Of a stretch of 64,000 nucleotides of DNA, positions 1 through 13,137 are shown piece after piece. The stretch covers positions 46,502,001-46,566,000 of the forward strand of contig CM059432.1 in NCBI GenBank assembly GCA_030390025.1. The letters are read 5' to 3'. The translations under genes were made by a program, and so were the position numbers. A model generated the notes under the pieces. It was not told the DNA's origin, ran no database searches, and saw only the letters and a program-made list of their open reading frames with translations. The DNA is from Squalus acanthias (taxonomy: Eukaryota). The first letter of the stretch is position 1, and every line of letters starts with the position of its first letter.

Positions 1-172
1 CACTTGTTTTTCAGACTGGAGGAAGTGTGCAGTGGTGTCCCCCAGGGGTCAGTATTAAGACCACTGCCCTTTTTGATATGTATTAATGACCTGGATTTGG
101 GAATACACGGCATAATTTCAAAGTTTGCAGATGACACAAAACTCAGAAATGTAGTAAACAGTGAGGAGGTTA
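1..172 (+). mobile_element. CR1 LINE RT fragment (probably continued at ~2690)
   Basis: SGVPQGSVL...INDLD..ISKFADDTKL RT motifs. Confidence 0.8.
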
Positions 173-176
173 GGTA

Positions 177-2469
177 CATAAGAACATAAGAAGTAAGAGC
201 AGGAGTAGGCCATATGGCATCTCGAGCCTGCTCCGCCATTCAATAAGATCATGGCTGATCATCCACCTTAACTCCACTTTCCCGCCCGATCTCCATATCC
301 CTTGATTCCCCTAGAGTCCAAAAATCTATCTATCTCAGCCTTGAATATACTCAAAGACTCAATATCTACAGCCCTCTGGGGCAGAGAATTCCAAAGATTC
401 ACAACCCTCTGAGTGAAGAAATTCCTCCTCATCTCAGTCTTAAATGGCCTACCCCTTATCCTGAGACTATGCCCCCTAGTTCTAGACACTCCAGCCAGGG
501 GAAACAACTTCTCAGCATCAAGTCTGTCAATCCCCCTCAGAATCTTGTATGTTTCAATGAGATCACACCTCATTCTTCTAAACTCCAGAGAGTATAGGCC
601 CATTCTACACAATCTCTCTTCATAGGACAGCCCTCTCATCCCAGGAATCAATCTAGTGAACCTTTGTTGCACCACCTCCAAGGCAAGTATATCCTTCCTT
701 AGATAAGGAGACCAAAACTGTGCACAGTACTCCAGGTGTGGTCTCACCAAGGCCCTGTACAATTGTAGCAAGACTTCCTTACTCTTACACTCCAACCCCC
801 TTGCAATAAAGACCAACATGCCATTTGCCTTCCTTATTGCTTGCTTACCTGCATTCTAGCTTTCTGTGTTTCTTGCACGAGGACACCCAAATCTCTCTGA
901 ACACCAACATTTGAAAGTTTCTCACCATTTAAAAAATATTCTGTTTTTTATTCTTCCTACCAAAGTGAATAATTCACATTTCCCTACATTATACTCCATC
1001 TGCCACCTTACTGCCCACTCACTTCGTCTATCTATATCCCTTTGCAGACTTTTTGTGTTCTCCTCACAGCTTACTGTCCCACCTAGTTGTGTATCATCAG
1101 CAAACTTGGATACATTATACTCGGTCCCTTCATCTAGGTCATTAATATAGATTGTAAATAGCTGAGGCCCCAACACTGATCCTTGCGGCACCCCACTAGT
1201 TACAGCCTGCCAACCTGAACAAGATCAGTTTATCCCTACTCTCTGTTTTCTGTCCGTTAACCAATCCTCCATCCATGCTACTATATTACCCCCAACCCCA
1301 TGAGCCCTAATCTTGTGTAATAATCTTTTATGTGGCTCCTTATCGAATGCCTTTTGGAAATCCAAATATATTACATCCACTGGTTCACCTTTATCTACCC
1401 TGCTAGTTACATCCTCAAAAAACTCTAATAAATTTGTCAAACATGATTTCCCTTTCATAAAACCATATTGCCTCTGCCTAATCATGTTATGATTTTCTAA
1501 GCGACTTGACACCACTTCATTAACAATGGATTCCAGCATTTTCCCGACGACTGATATCAGGCTAACTGGCCTGTAGTTCCCTGTTTCAGCTGGACGGAAC
1601 AGCTCCCTCTTTCCCCAGTACTGGTGCCAGTAGCCCATGAATTGAAACCCCTTTTTTCCACACCACTCTTTGAGCCACGCATTTAACTCTCTGATCTGCT
1701 TGACCCTATTCCAATTTGCACGTGGCTCAGGTAGCAATCCAGAGATTATTACTCTTGTGGTTCTGCTTATTAATTTAGACCCTAGCTCCTCAAACTCCCT
1801 CAGCAGAACCTCATTCTTAGTTCTACCTATGTCGTTGGTTCCTACATGGACCACGACAACTGGATCCTCCCCCTCCCACGCCAAGTTCTTCTCCAGCCAC
1901 GAGGAGATATCCTTAACCCTGGCAGCGGGCAGGCAATACTACCTTCGGGACTCCCTTTCGCGGCTGCAGAGAACAGTATCTATCCCCCTGACTATACTGT
2001 CCCCTACTACTACCACATTCCTTCCTTCTCCCCCCACTTGGATGGCCCTCTGTACCACAGTGCCGTGGTCAGTTAGCCCATCCTCCCTGCAGTCCTTTTC
2101 CTCAGCCATACAGGTAGAAAGTACCTCATACCTGTTGGACAAGGTCCAGGGCTGAGGTTCCTCCATCACTACATCCTGGGTCCCCATACCTTCCTGACTC
2201 ACAGTCACACCCTCCTTTCACTGACCACTGACGAACTCTAAAGTACTACTTAACCTAAAGGGTATGACAGCCTCCTGGAACAAAGTGTCCAGGTAACTCT
2301 CCCCCTCCCTGATGCATCACAATGTCTGCAGCTCGGACTCCAGCTCAACAATTCTGAGCCGAAGTTCCTCAAGTTGCAGACACTTACTGCAGATGTGGTT
2401 GCTCGGGATCGCGATGCTCTCCACAAACTCCCACATGCTGCAGTTACAATAGACCACCTGCCCTGCCAT
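177..2469 (-). mobile_element. CR1 LINE with ORF1 (zinc-finger/leucine-zipper plus SGNH esterase) joined to the RT/3' end by an internal deletion
   Basis: ATG at 2469: MAGQVVYCNCSMWEF..ICSKCLQLEELRLRIVELESEL; VVVGDSIVRG and VHVGTND esterase blocks; NYRPVSL, YLDFQKAFD, PQGSVLGP and FADD RT motifs; (TTCTTATG)n tail near 177-192; frameshifts and stops. Confidence 0.9.
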
Positions 2470-2689
2470 CTCTAACCTTGTTTTATTTATTAATTAATCA
2501 GTTAAAGATTTTATTCAATCGATATTTTAGGTTTATTCGTTGATTATTTTATTTAGTTTAAGTTATTAATTTAATAAGTACTAGCAAGTTACAGTTTCTC
2601 AGCTCTTAATTTAACCCCCTTGCCTAAGTTGGAGAGCAAAAAAGAGTTGTAATACTCACCAAACTTAGAGAGCAAAAAAGAACATACTC

Positions 2690-3790
2690 CAGGAGGATAT
2701 AGACAGACTGGTGAAATGAGCAGACACATGGCAGATGAAATTTAACACAGAGAAGTGTGAAGTGATTCATTTTGGTAGGAGGAATGAGGAGAGGGAATAT
2801 AAACAAAATAATATCATTTTAAACGGGTACAGGAACAGAGAAACTTAGGCAGGTAGGTACACAAGTCTTTGAAGGTGGCAGGACAAGTTGAAAAAGGCTG
2901 TTAAAAAGACATACAGGATCCTGGGCTTTATAATTAGAGACATAGGGCTGGGTTTTCCCGGGTCCCACCCGCACGGTGCGGGGGGACCCGGGAGACGGTG
3001 GGAAACCTGGAAGTTCGCTTTTCCCGGCACGCTGTGGAGCTTTACTCCACAACGTGCGTGCGACGGAAGGGGCGGGTACCCTGCTCGGAAGTCAGCCTGA
3101 TTGACAGGCGGGCTTCCAATCGTGCGGGGAATGTGAACCAGGAGGCCACAGGACAAGGTAAGTGCTGGGCCCAGGATGGTTAGGGGGGGCAGGCTGATGA
3201 TGGGGGAGCTTGGGGGGGGCTGGGAGGAAGCACTCTTTCTTTTCCTGGCCCACAAGGATTGATCCCCGAGGCTGAAGCTGCCTCATTGCAACCACCGGGA
3301 ATCCCGAGCCCCAGGATCCCTGGCCGCCTGCAGTAAAACCTGCAAAGCAGGTTAAAGTAGAGGCTTCAGGTCTCATTATCATATTTAAATTGCCAACCTG
3401 CCTCTTGATAGAGGTGTTCAAAATCATAAACGGTTTTGAAAGAGTAAATAAAGAGAATCTTTTTCCAGTGGCAGACGAGTCAGTAACCAGAGGGCACAGA
3501 TTTAAGGTGTTTTGGCAAAAGAACCAGAGGCGACATGAGGAAAAAAATAAGCAGCGAGTTATTATTATCTGGAATGCACTACCTGAAAGGTTGGTGGAAG
3601 CAGATTCGATAATAACTTTCAGAAGGGAATTGGATAAATACTTGATGCTAGAAAATTTGCAGAGCTATGGGGAATGAGCAGAGGAGTGGGACTAATTGGA
3701 TAACTCTTTCAAAGAGTCAGCACAGGCACGATGGGCTGAATGGCCCCCTTCTGTGCTGCATCATTCTTTGATTCTATGTTTGTTCTCCAG
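2690..3790 (+). mobile_element. CR1 3' fragment interrupted by a GC-rich DNA-transposon piece (~2946-3404)
   Basis: Degenerate CR1 C-terminal peptides (LIEVFKI..TRGH..IWNALP) and CR1 3' UTR; the insert starts with TIR-like GGGCTGGGTTTTCC. Confidence 0.75.
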
Positions 3791-4289
3791 TCACTGCACT
3801 TTAATCAATTCATTGTCTGTGAAGTGCCTTGAAATGTTCCTGAAAAGTAGGGCAAGGTGCTATATAAATATAAATCTTCCTAACCAATTGTGAGGTAATT
3901 GTTGCCTTTCCTCAGTTATCAGGCAGCCATAATCACCACCTCTCAATATTATTTTACGTGTCAGTTTTTTTGTTTAAATCATTGTGTAGAATTCAAGCTG
4001 CTTTACAAACAAACTCTTAATGAGTAATTTTCTGGCTTTGCACTCCTGGCAGGCAGCCTTGCCCGTTGGGAACATATATTAATTTAAATGAATACTTGGA
4101 AAATGTTATGCAGTGCATGCCTGAGTTTCTGGTACGTGCTCCTGGCAGGTGAGACTGCCCACCTGGGGAGTCAGAAGAATAACCCCTTTGGTCTTTATTT
4201 ATAATAAGAGCTCCTTGGCTCAGTCACTGCTTGCTGACTCACTCACTGCTCCCCAGATACCACAATGGTGATGTTGTCTTCTCTTCTTC

Positions 4290-5630
4290 TGCTAAGGCAG
4301 TCCCTCAGAACCAAGGATGACTTGCTTCCACACTAAAAATGAGTTCTCGGGTGACTGATGAGTCCAATGTGGGATCTACAGTCTCTGTCACAGGTGGGGC
4401 CGATGGTGGTTGAAGGGGCAGGTGGGTGGAGTGCTTGGGTTGACGTGCGCTCCTTCCGCTGTTTGCGCTTGGCTTCCGCATGCTCCCGGCGAAGAGACTC
4501 GAGGTGTTCAGCACCTTCCCGGATGCTTCTCCTCCACTTTGTGCGACTTGGGCCAAGGATTTCCAGGTGTCGGTGGGGATGTTGCACTTTCTCAAGGAGG
4601 CTTTGAGGGTGTCCTTGAAGCGTTTCCTCTGCCCACCTGGGGCTCTTTTGCCGTGTCGGAGCTCCGATTAGAGCGCTTGTTTTGGGAGTCTCGTATCAGG
4701 CATGCGGATGATGTGGCCCGTCCAACGGAGCTGATTGAGCGTGGTCAAAGCTTCGATGCTGGGGATGTTGGCCTGAGCGAGAACACTGACGTTGGTGCGC
4801 CTATCCTGCCAATGGATTTGCAGGATCTTGCGGAGGTACCTCTCCAGTGCTTTGAGGTGCCTGCTATACATGGTCCATGTCTCTGAAGCATACAGGAGGG
4901 CGGGTATCACTACTGCTCTGTAGACCATGAGCTTGCTGCTGGGTTTGAGGTCCTGGTCTTCAAACACTCTCTTCCTCAGGTGACTGAAGGCTGCACTGGC
5001 ACACTGAAGGCAGTGTTGGACTTCGTCATCGACGTCTGCCCTTGTTGACAGTAGGCTCCCGAGGTATGGAAAGTGGTCCACGTTGTCCAAGGCCTCGTCA
5101 TGGATTTTGATAATCAGGGAGCAGGTTGGTAGAGGACCTTTGTCTTACAGATGTTTAGTGTAACGCCCATGCTCTCGTACGCTTCGGTGAAGGTGTTGAC
5201 GATGGTTTGGAGTTCGACCTCAGAGTGTGCGCAGACGCAAGCGTCGTCTGCATACTGTAATTTGATGACAGAGGATGGGATGACCTTGGATCTGGACTGG
5301 AGGCGACGGAGGTTGAACAGTTTGCCATTTGTTCTGTAGATTAGCTCCACTCCAGCAGGGAGCTTACTGAGGGTGAGATGGAGCATTGCAGCCAGGAAGA
5401 TCGAGAAGAGCGTTGGTGCGATGACACAGCCTTGCTTGACCCCGGTCCGTACGTGAATTGGGTCTGTGGTGGATCCGTTGGTCAGGATCACGGCTTGCAT
5501 GTCGTCGTGAAGCAGGCGGAGGATGGTGACAAACTTTTGAGGGCAGCCGAATTTGAGGAGGACACTCCATAATCCCTCACGGTTGACGGTGTCGAAGGCC
5601 TTTGTGAGGTCAAAGAAGGCCATGTACAGC
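4290..5630 (-). mobile_element. RTE-clade LINE, 5'-truncated and degenerate
   Basis: FFDLTKAFDTVNREGLW, GVKQGCVIAPTLF, LQYADD, FPYLGS, ALLYASETW and a C-terminal CxxC...H motif. Confidence 0.85.
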
Positions 5631-6735
5631 GGTTGGACTTATACATATACACATACATAGATAATTGATCACTGTACGTCAGATGGCTTTGCACATGTCC
5701 ATGACGCAACAAGGCCCAATTCCAAGGCCCAAGGCCAACATCCTGCACACCAAGGACGCCTTAAAAATGTCCAACATGTTATTGTGTCAAGCCATTATTC
5801 AAGCGTCCCTGACGACCACTAAAACAATCGTTAGTCCTTACGTATATAAGTGAGGGGCCTAGCTCCTGGTTTAGGTCCACTTACAGAAATTGGGCAGCAG
5901 TGAGCACACTCAGGATTCTTCAGTGGCTCCTGAGGCCTAAGCAGTGGCTGCCAATGAGAGGTAAGTTTTTTTTAAACATTTAAAAAAAAACCTGCCTGTG
6001 GAAGCAAGAGGAGCAGGAGTGATCCCCCGACTCCACAGTCCGCACGATTACCCTACTCATGTGGAACACAACTGAAATGCACTCCACTTGACATGACCTA
6101 AACCCACCTGTATTTCTGGTCATTTAAACAGACCAGACATTCCCCTGCAGCCCCCCCATCCAAGATACTAAACAAACATTAAGGGGGGAATTTTCCAGGG
6201 GGTCAGCGGGCGCGATCGGTGGCGGGTCGGGTGGGAAAGTTTTTTTTGACAGTGGGTCGGGACCCCGCTGTCAACCCACCATCACATGCCTTTCCCAAAT
6301 GTCAGGTCTGTCAGCACTGAGCAGACCCGATATGCAGCGGCGGGGGAGGCAATTCAGGTCATTATGACCTTGTTAACAGAGGATTAACAACTATTTTGAG
6401 CTCACCTTCAGAGTTTACCAGGTCGCCCACAGGGTCCACGCTGCTCGGGGATCACTTCTGGTCAGCTGGGCGGGAATTGAATGGCCGTGGAATCATCTCA
6501 TTACTTGACAACTGCAGATGTGCTATAAAAGCTCTCATCTCACAGCTGTTCACTTTCCAAGCTCAGAAGCTGTTGCTTACTGTATTTGGAAGACAGATTG
6601 CACTTAATGCAGGTTGCAAGTGTTTGGAGCAAACTCTATATCAGTGTCACCTCATTGGAACAACATTTTTAAAAAAACCTGCCTGATAATTTGCTTCTAT
6701 CATCTCAACTTCACCTGTCATCTATTACCTCAGAA

Positions 6736-7912
6736 TGGGTACCTTTTATACTCTCTCACCTTGGTCCTCAGAATCTGACCACGATCAGCGGCCACACCAG
6801 CAGCACCAACAACAAGACCGCCAACCTTCTCCTCAACCACCTGATGCTGCACAGGACAGAGGGCATCAACGCAGGGCTGGACCGTACCGAAGGTGAAACC
6901 CCCAACATAGGGTATACAAGCAGAGGATGAGCTTCCTCAACATGACTGAGCAGCAGTGCCAAAGGAGGCTCAGGCTATTGCGCCAGATCATCGCAGACAT
7001 TTGGAGATTGCTGGAGCACGAACTGCAGCCCAGAGCAGCGGGTGGACACGCCTTACCAGTAGCTGTCAAAGTCACCATTGCCCTCAACTTCTTCGCCTCA
7101 GGCTCCTTCCAGGCATCTGCAGCAGACATTTACGGCATCTCGCAGTTGGCTGCCCACAGATGCCCTCTTTGACAAGTCCGCCAATTATATCAACTTTTCC
7201 ACTGATAAAGCCAGTGTTACTGAGCGTGCGCTCGGCTTTGCGGCTCCGGCTGGCTTCAAACGGGTGCAGGGCGTCATCGACTGCACACATGTGGCCATCA
7301 GGGCACCCCATCATAACCCAGCAGTCTTTGTCAACCGCAAGGGCTTCCACTCCCTCAATGTGCAGCTCATCTGCAACCATAGGAAGATCATCATGCATGT
7401 GTACGCCAAATTCCCTGGCAGCTGCCATGACTCTTTCGTCCACCGCCAGTCCACCCTCCCTCAGCTCTTTGCACCGGATAGCTGCTTGGAGACAAGGGCT
7501 GTCCACTGAAGACGTGGCTCATAACACCGGTGAGGAGGCCAAGAAATGAGGCTGAGGAACATTATAATCAATCACCAGAACTCCACCAGAAGTTTTATAG
7601 AGCAGACAATAGGGTTGCTCAAAATTTGCTTCAGATGCCTGGACAGATCTGGAGGAGCCCTTCAGTATGCACCAGCCAGGGTCTCCAGAATTGTTGTGGT
7701 CTGCTGCGCCCTGCACAACATTAGCGCAGCATGAGGAACAAGGTGCAGAGCGCACAGCCTCATCGGAGGAGAAGGAGGAGGAGGAGCAGCAGGAGGTGGA
7801 AGACGAGGATGAGGAAGACCTGGAGGAGCCTGCGGACCAGATTCCACCAGTATGCGACCACATTGCTGCCCATGAGGCCAGGGATGGCCTCATCATGGCC
7901 AGATTTACTTAA
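6736..7912 (+). pseudogene. Harbinger (HARBI1-like) DDE transposase, frameshifted
   Basis: [86 protein letters not shown]; acidic C-terminus; split over several frames. Confidence 0.9.
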
Positions 7913-8319
7913 CTTTATGCAGCACAGCCACGTGGCTGGCACATGCGTAGCCAGGTTGGCATCATCCCACAGCAACACCATAAAGCATCCCTACAATGAC
8001 CAATCCATTCTTTTCACTGTCACCACCATTGCTGGAACTTAAGGTAGGCCTGACTGTTCACTCTGCCACTTCCAATTGTGCACACACATTTGTCAAAGAC
8101 CACAAAGTTTTCAAAATAAATGATTTAATACAAAAATGAATTGAACGTAAACTTTACAATAACATTTAAGAAAACAATCAAGTGACTACCCTTGTGAATC
8201 TACTTGTGTGACATCTTTCTTTTCCGTGTGCTTCTACGTGGTGCTACCCCTGTAGCTTCAGCAGAGGTAGAGGCAGCCTCCTCACTTCCCTGCTGTGCCT
8301 GCTTAGACGCCTTTGGTGG

Positions 8320-10305
8320 TCATCCTCTGGATTTTGGAACCTGTGAGGGCCCGGCCAAAGTCTGCTCCCCCTGTGGCTGTGCAGGGGCAGACTCGGCCAT
8401 CACTGTACGGGGAGGCATCTGGGGCTCTAACCGAGGGGTTGGCAAGGGTGTAGAAGTGTGAGCGCTTGGAGAGGAGCCCCCACTTCCATGTCCCCTCCCA
8501 CCATCATCCCTCTCATTGGCCACCCGCACTTCTATGCTAGCAAGTAGCTGGAGAGCACCTTGCTGCACATCAGTGGGGCCATGAGGACCCACGTCTACAC
8601 TGACATCCCTCCTAGAAAGGACGTCTATGAACCTTTGGTTTCTGTCCTCCATAGATGCCCATCTATTCTCCATAGATGCCCATCTATCCTCCATAGATAC
8701 CCATCTATTCTCCATAGATAGCCATCTATCCTCTATAGATGCCCATCTATCCTCCATTGATGCCCATCTATCCTCCATTGATGCCCATCTATCCTCCATA
8801 GATGCCCATCTATCCTCCATAGATGCCCATCTATCCTCCATTGATGCCCATCTATTCTCCATTGATAGCCATCTATCCTCTATAGATGCCATCTATACTC
8901 CATTGATGCCCATCTATGTTGCATAGACACCATGTGCTCGTGTGACTGGTGCATTAGGTCCTCCATGCAGGTGGCCATCCTATCTATGGAGGAACCTACA
9001 ACTGCGATTGCCTGCACCATGGTGGTGTTCATGTTGGAGAAGGATTCCTCGATTCTTTGAACACTCGCAGTCACCGCACTCGCAAAACCTGTCAGAGCCT
9101 CCTGCACTTGTTCCTGCAGCTCCAGGATCGCCCTCTTCCTGGATGGCCCCCGAGGCTCAGCGTCTGCATGCTGCTGAGCAGAGCTAGGAGACACCTGCGC
9201 CCTCAGACAAGGAGTCTGCACTGCTGACCCTGTCTCCACCATCTGCTCCTACTCATGTGTGCTGTGTGAGACACCAGGTGACAACACTACTCTATGTCGC
9301 GACGGCCCCACTGAGGTGTGCGTCTCTGCGCTGGTGCTGGCTTGCCTTGTCTCAGGTGACGCTGCGCCCTTGGAGGCTGGAGGCTCCTCTGAAGAGTCCT
9401 CTCGCTCTTCCTCCTGGACAGTGGGGGGGGCTCTTGATGGATCTGTGGGAGAGTAAAGAGATCAGTTAGATATATCATATGTAGATTGCATACAGATACC
9501 ATTATGCACATGATGAGCATTCAATGTCTCTTGACTTCAGCCCCCATATGAGTAACTGATGAATGCCATGTAGCTGTATGGAAACTGATTCCGTCACCAG
9601 GTTGTTCTGATGAGCCCCTCTCTCCGTCCCCCACTTCCAGCTGGTCGACCGCTCCAGTAATCTCCAGGGTAGCCTCCTCTGCACTGGTGAGGATTGCTAA
9701 CAATTGACGGTCTCCTCACATTCTCTCACTCTCCCTCTTATGGGCTCTCTTTTTCTGCAAAGAGGGAAAGAAGAGAAGGTTGAGTGAGAGTGATGGAATG
9801 AGTGTAAGGAATGGATGGGTTAGATCTTTAGAGGGAGACTATGATGGAGTGGGGTGGCAATACCCAGTGGCCTCCTTGTGTGTTGTTAGTTGGTATGATT
9901 GCATTAGGATGAAGGTGAGTGTGAGGGGTGCTTAATAAGATGGGGATGTGATAATGTAGATAGAGAGAGGGATGGGTGAAGGTGCAAGGGATGTTGCAGT
10001 GAGTAAGGATGTGCAGGAGTAGGGTTGGGAAAGGAGAGTGATGGGTAAGTGTGGCTTTATACTCACTTTTCTGATCTTAGAAGATCATTGAAGTGCTTGC
10101 GGCACTGCACCCAGGTCCTCATCACCACCGACCTGTTTGTCACCTCCTCCGCTATCTGCAGCCAGGCTACCTTGGTCTCCTGGGGCAGTCTCTTGCGACC
10201 ACTGGCAGGGAAGAGAACCTCCCTGTGTGCTCTGACTCCCTCCACAAGCACATGGAGGGAGTCCTCGCAGAATCAAGGAGCAGCCCTCTGCCTTTGTGAA
10301 CTCAT
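8320..10305 (-). pseudogene. Harbinger Myb/SANT-like DNA-binding protein gene, 3 exons (~10305-10067, 9754-9598, 9442-8320), disabled
   Basis: LVEGVRAHREVLF...AWLQIAEEV..RTWVQCRKHFNDL Myb-like motif; GT-AG introns readable on the minus strand; in-frame stops and a frameshift near 8890. Confidence 0.8.
8645..8917. repeat. 21-bp tandem repeat (~13 copies)
   Basis: Unit CCTCCATAGATGCCCATCTAT; the minus strand encodes (ASMEDRW)n. Confidence 0.95.
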
Positions 10306-13137
10306 CTTGCAGCCAAAGTAGGCTCAACTGTCCTAAATGAGAAGTGAAATCAAATGGGGCCATTGCCCCATTAAATATACCGGCAGCAAATGCGTCAGCG
10401 CTGACGTCACCAGACCCGCACCTTTTAATTGGGCTGGGTAACGTGCAGGGCAGTCTTAACAAGCCCCATTACGGAAAAATCTTTCCTTGCAGCGGGATGA
10501 AGGCAGCAACGGGCTCACGTGTCACCACCGACCTCGCCCGCCACGGACCCGCCCAGGTGGGGGAAATCGCGGCCTATGAGTGCTTCTTGGTTTTTCAACC
10601 CCCTTGATTACTTTAAATACCCACCTGCACTGATTCTTACCTGGTTTTAAAAAACAATATTTCTCTGTGGTTAGAGTCCGTAACAATGTCCAGTAGTGTC
10701 CAAGTGAGTCTAATATTGTTAATTCCACAATTTACACTGCAGAATTTGTTTTTAAATCACAAGTAAATCTGTTTTTTAAGGAGTTGAGGGTATGGCACAT
10801 TAGATCTGATGCTGGAGGTGCTGAACCTCAAGTGGAGCAACTGTTCACAGCCTGAAGTCTCTGAAAAATGTAACTAAAGCCAAGAGAATCAGTCATTAGA
10901 GTAATAAATTAATATTTCCATAATTGCTAGTGCATCTAATTAAATGTCTTCCAATTACTGGTTGTCGTTTCCTGCCAGATATTACAGACACACAGCCTCA
11001 ATCATGAGCTTTGCACCAGATGTATCTCTCTATGGCCTATATAATTAAGAAGATGGATTAAAATCAAAACTTTCTGCAAGAAAATGTGGACCATCTCACT
11101 TATTTACAGTAGTCTGATGCCACTTAAAAACTCTTGCATTTGCACTTCCATCTCGCCAAATTGTAAGCCAGGACAGCAAGTTATATCTTCATTTGAAAGA
11201 ATAATTCTTTATAAGTCTGTATTTTTTGTAAGAATGCATTACTTAATATGCTATTATTTTAACTTTTTTTTATACTTAAACAAATGCAAAATCTAGTTGG
11301 AAAGTGTTCCAGTGAGATCACTGGGCAAAATAATCCATTGCTTTCTGCAGCAAGGTTTCCAGAACAGCCTGTTCCTAACCATTCCAGGGACTGAGCATTG
11401 GTTAATAACACTCGGGCTCAAAGGATTTTACTGACTAAAAGACATGTTTTTAATATTTAAACTACCTACAAATACTTTAAATATTAAAAACATGTCTACA
11501 TGTAGGGTAGGATGATATCTTCTGAGAACTTTGTGTTAGAAAAGACTTGTTAAGCAGCAATCAAACTTTGACATGTGTCTGAAATTTGCAACAAGGAATC
11601 TCACATTAAAAATAACTTTTATATAGTTTGCAAAAAAAAACTTCTTGCAGTACTTGTGAATTATGTACTCTAATAGACTGGTGCAGAATCCCCCCTAACA
11701 GACTGAAATCTTGCAGCATGAAGTAATTTCTTCCTTTCCATCCATTATGAAGTGGTAAGTCATGTTGCGGAACAAATTTGCATATTTTGTTGCGATTTAA
11801 GCTCCTTATACTCCAATTAACTGACAATTGTGGGAATTACTAACTTGCCTGCAGTAGCTAGTCTCTTCCAGACGTGTGACGGCAAATTGTGAATTAGATT
11901 CTGTTTAGCTTTAACAGAATTTCCCTGTGCTAAAATAGCCTGCAGCAAAAGCATGCAGTGCCTGGCTGGAGTGATAGAGCTGGAGATTCATCACAAGATC
12001 TTGTTACCCAAAAATTGAATTTAGAAATGTAACTTGATATAGAAATATGCATTTCTTTTCAGTGTTGGTGAGACTCTATTCCGCAGCATGAATTCTAGAC
12101 ATTCTTGAGATTTGAGTTCACTTCCTCCATCTTTTCTGGGAAAGTGGTACTGCGTGCCATTTCTTTCTTAAACAAATAAAATAACAAATCTTGAAGACGT
12201 ATGCATTTTTTAGGCTCACATGTTAATGTGTATTAGGGGATGTAGGTCATTTACAATGTGTTCCTTTCAGACATAATCGGGACTTCACGTTGCATGATCA
12301 GTAGTATATAAATAGGAAATGGCAAAAATGCATAGCAGATCTGTTCAGCATTTGAGAGAGAAAGTTATGTTTTGGGTGCTATCCTTCATCAAAACTTACG
12401 ACCTGTTGTACATTTCTGACACTTTTCTGCTTTTATTGCCATTGTCGGCTGTGATTTTCCAATTTGGCAGAATCACAGCACACCTTGGTTGGGACACGAG
12501 TTCCACTTACCTCGATGATCCGCTCCAACCCCACCTCCGCCGCGCCCCCCACCCACCCCGAGATTTATTGAGTGATCTCTCAGATGATTTTCTGGATTTG
12601 CCTAATTTAAGCTGGCTCCCCATCCTGGGAGTGTGCGGAGAATTGGTGCAGTAGGCCTCAGGAGCCTGCCTCAGTGTGCCCAGGAAATTGAAAACAATTA
12701 ATTTTTTTAATTATTGTTTTGCCAATAATACCTCATCCTAAGTAATTGATCACCCTGCTATCAATTGGGAAAGCTAAGCCAGACTTTTCAATTTTAAAAG
12801 CCCTCATTTCTACCATAGCAACCCTAGATGCCAGGAATGCACAGATGTTTCTAGTACCCAACATTGTAAGGGCAGAAATGACAAAAAATACATCAGACAG
12901 CATATTCCTATTATTTACATGCTATTACAATATGCCCCCCATATGTGTTTGGACATATTGTATATCTCTGTCACCTCCTAATGGAAAATCTTGAATTGGT
13001 GAAGGAGAACCAGTTGAGCAGCTGCTGAAGACTTTCTGTTGCATTGCAGTGGAGTTCCGTCAGAGAGCTACATTGGTGAGACGTGTCCAGTACAGCATCC
13101 TAAGTGGTTTCTAATTAATCTACGCAGAAAACTCACT

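Larger units (their letters stand above)
6183..10574. mobile_element. Near full-length PIF/Harbinger DNA transposon (two convergent genes, degenerate)
   Basis: Imperfect TIRs GGGGGGAATTTTCC and (reverse complement) GGCCGCGATTTCCC; flanks TAA and TAT; contains a DDE transposase and a Myb/SANT gene. Confidence 0.85.

Noticed and set aside
8645..8917. CRISPR-like array
   Set aside because: Contiguous tandem units with no unique spacers; eukaryotic context; lies within a transposon ORF.
6736..10305. Domesticated HARBI1/NAIF1 host genes
   Set aside because: Frameshifts and stops, flanking TIRs, and multiple related copies in the window indicate a transposon.
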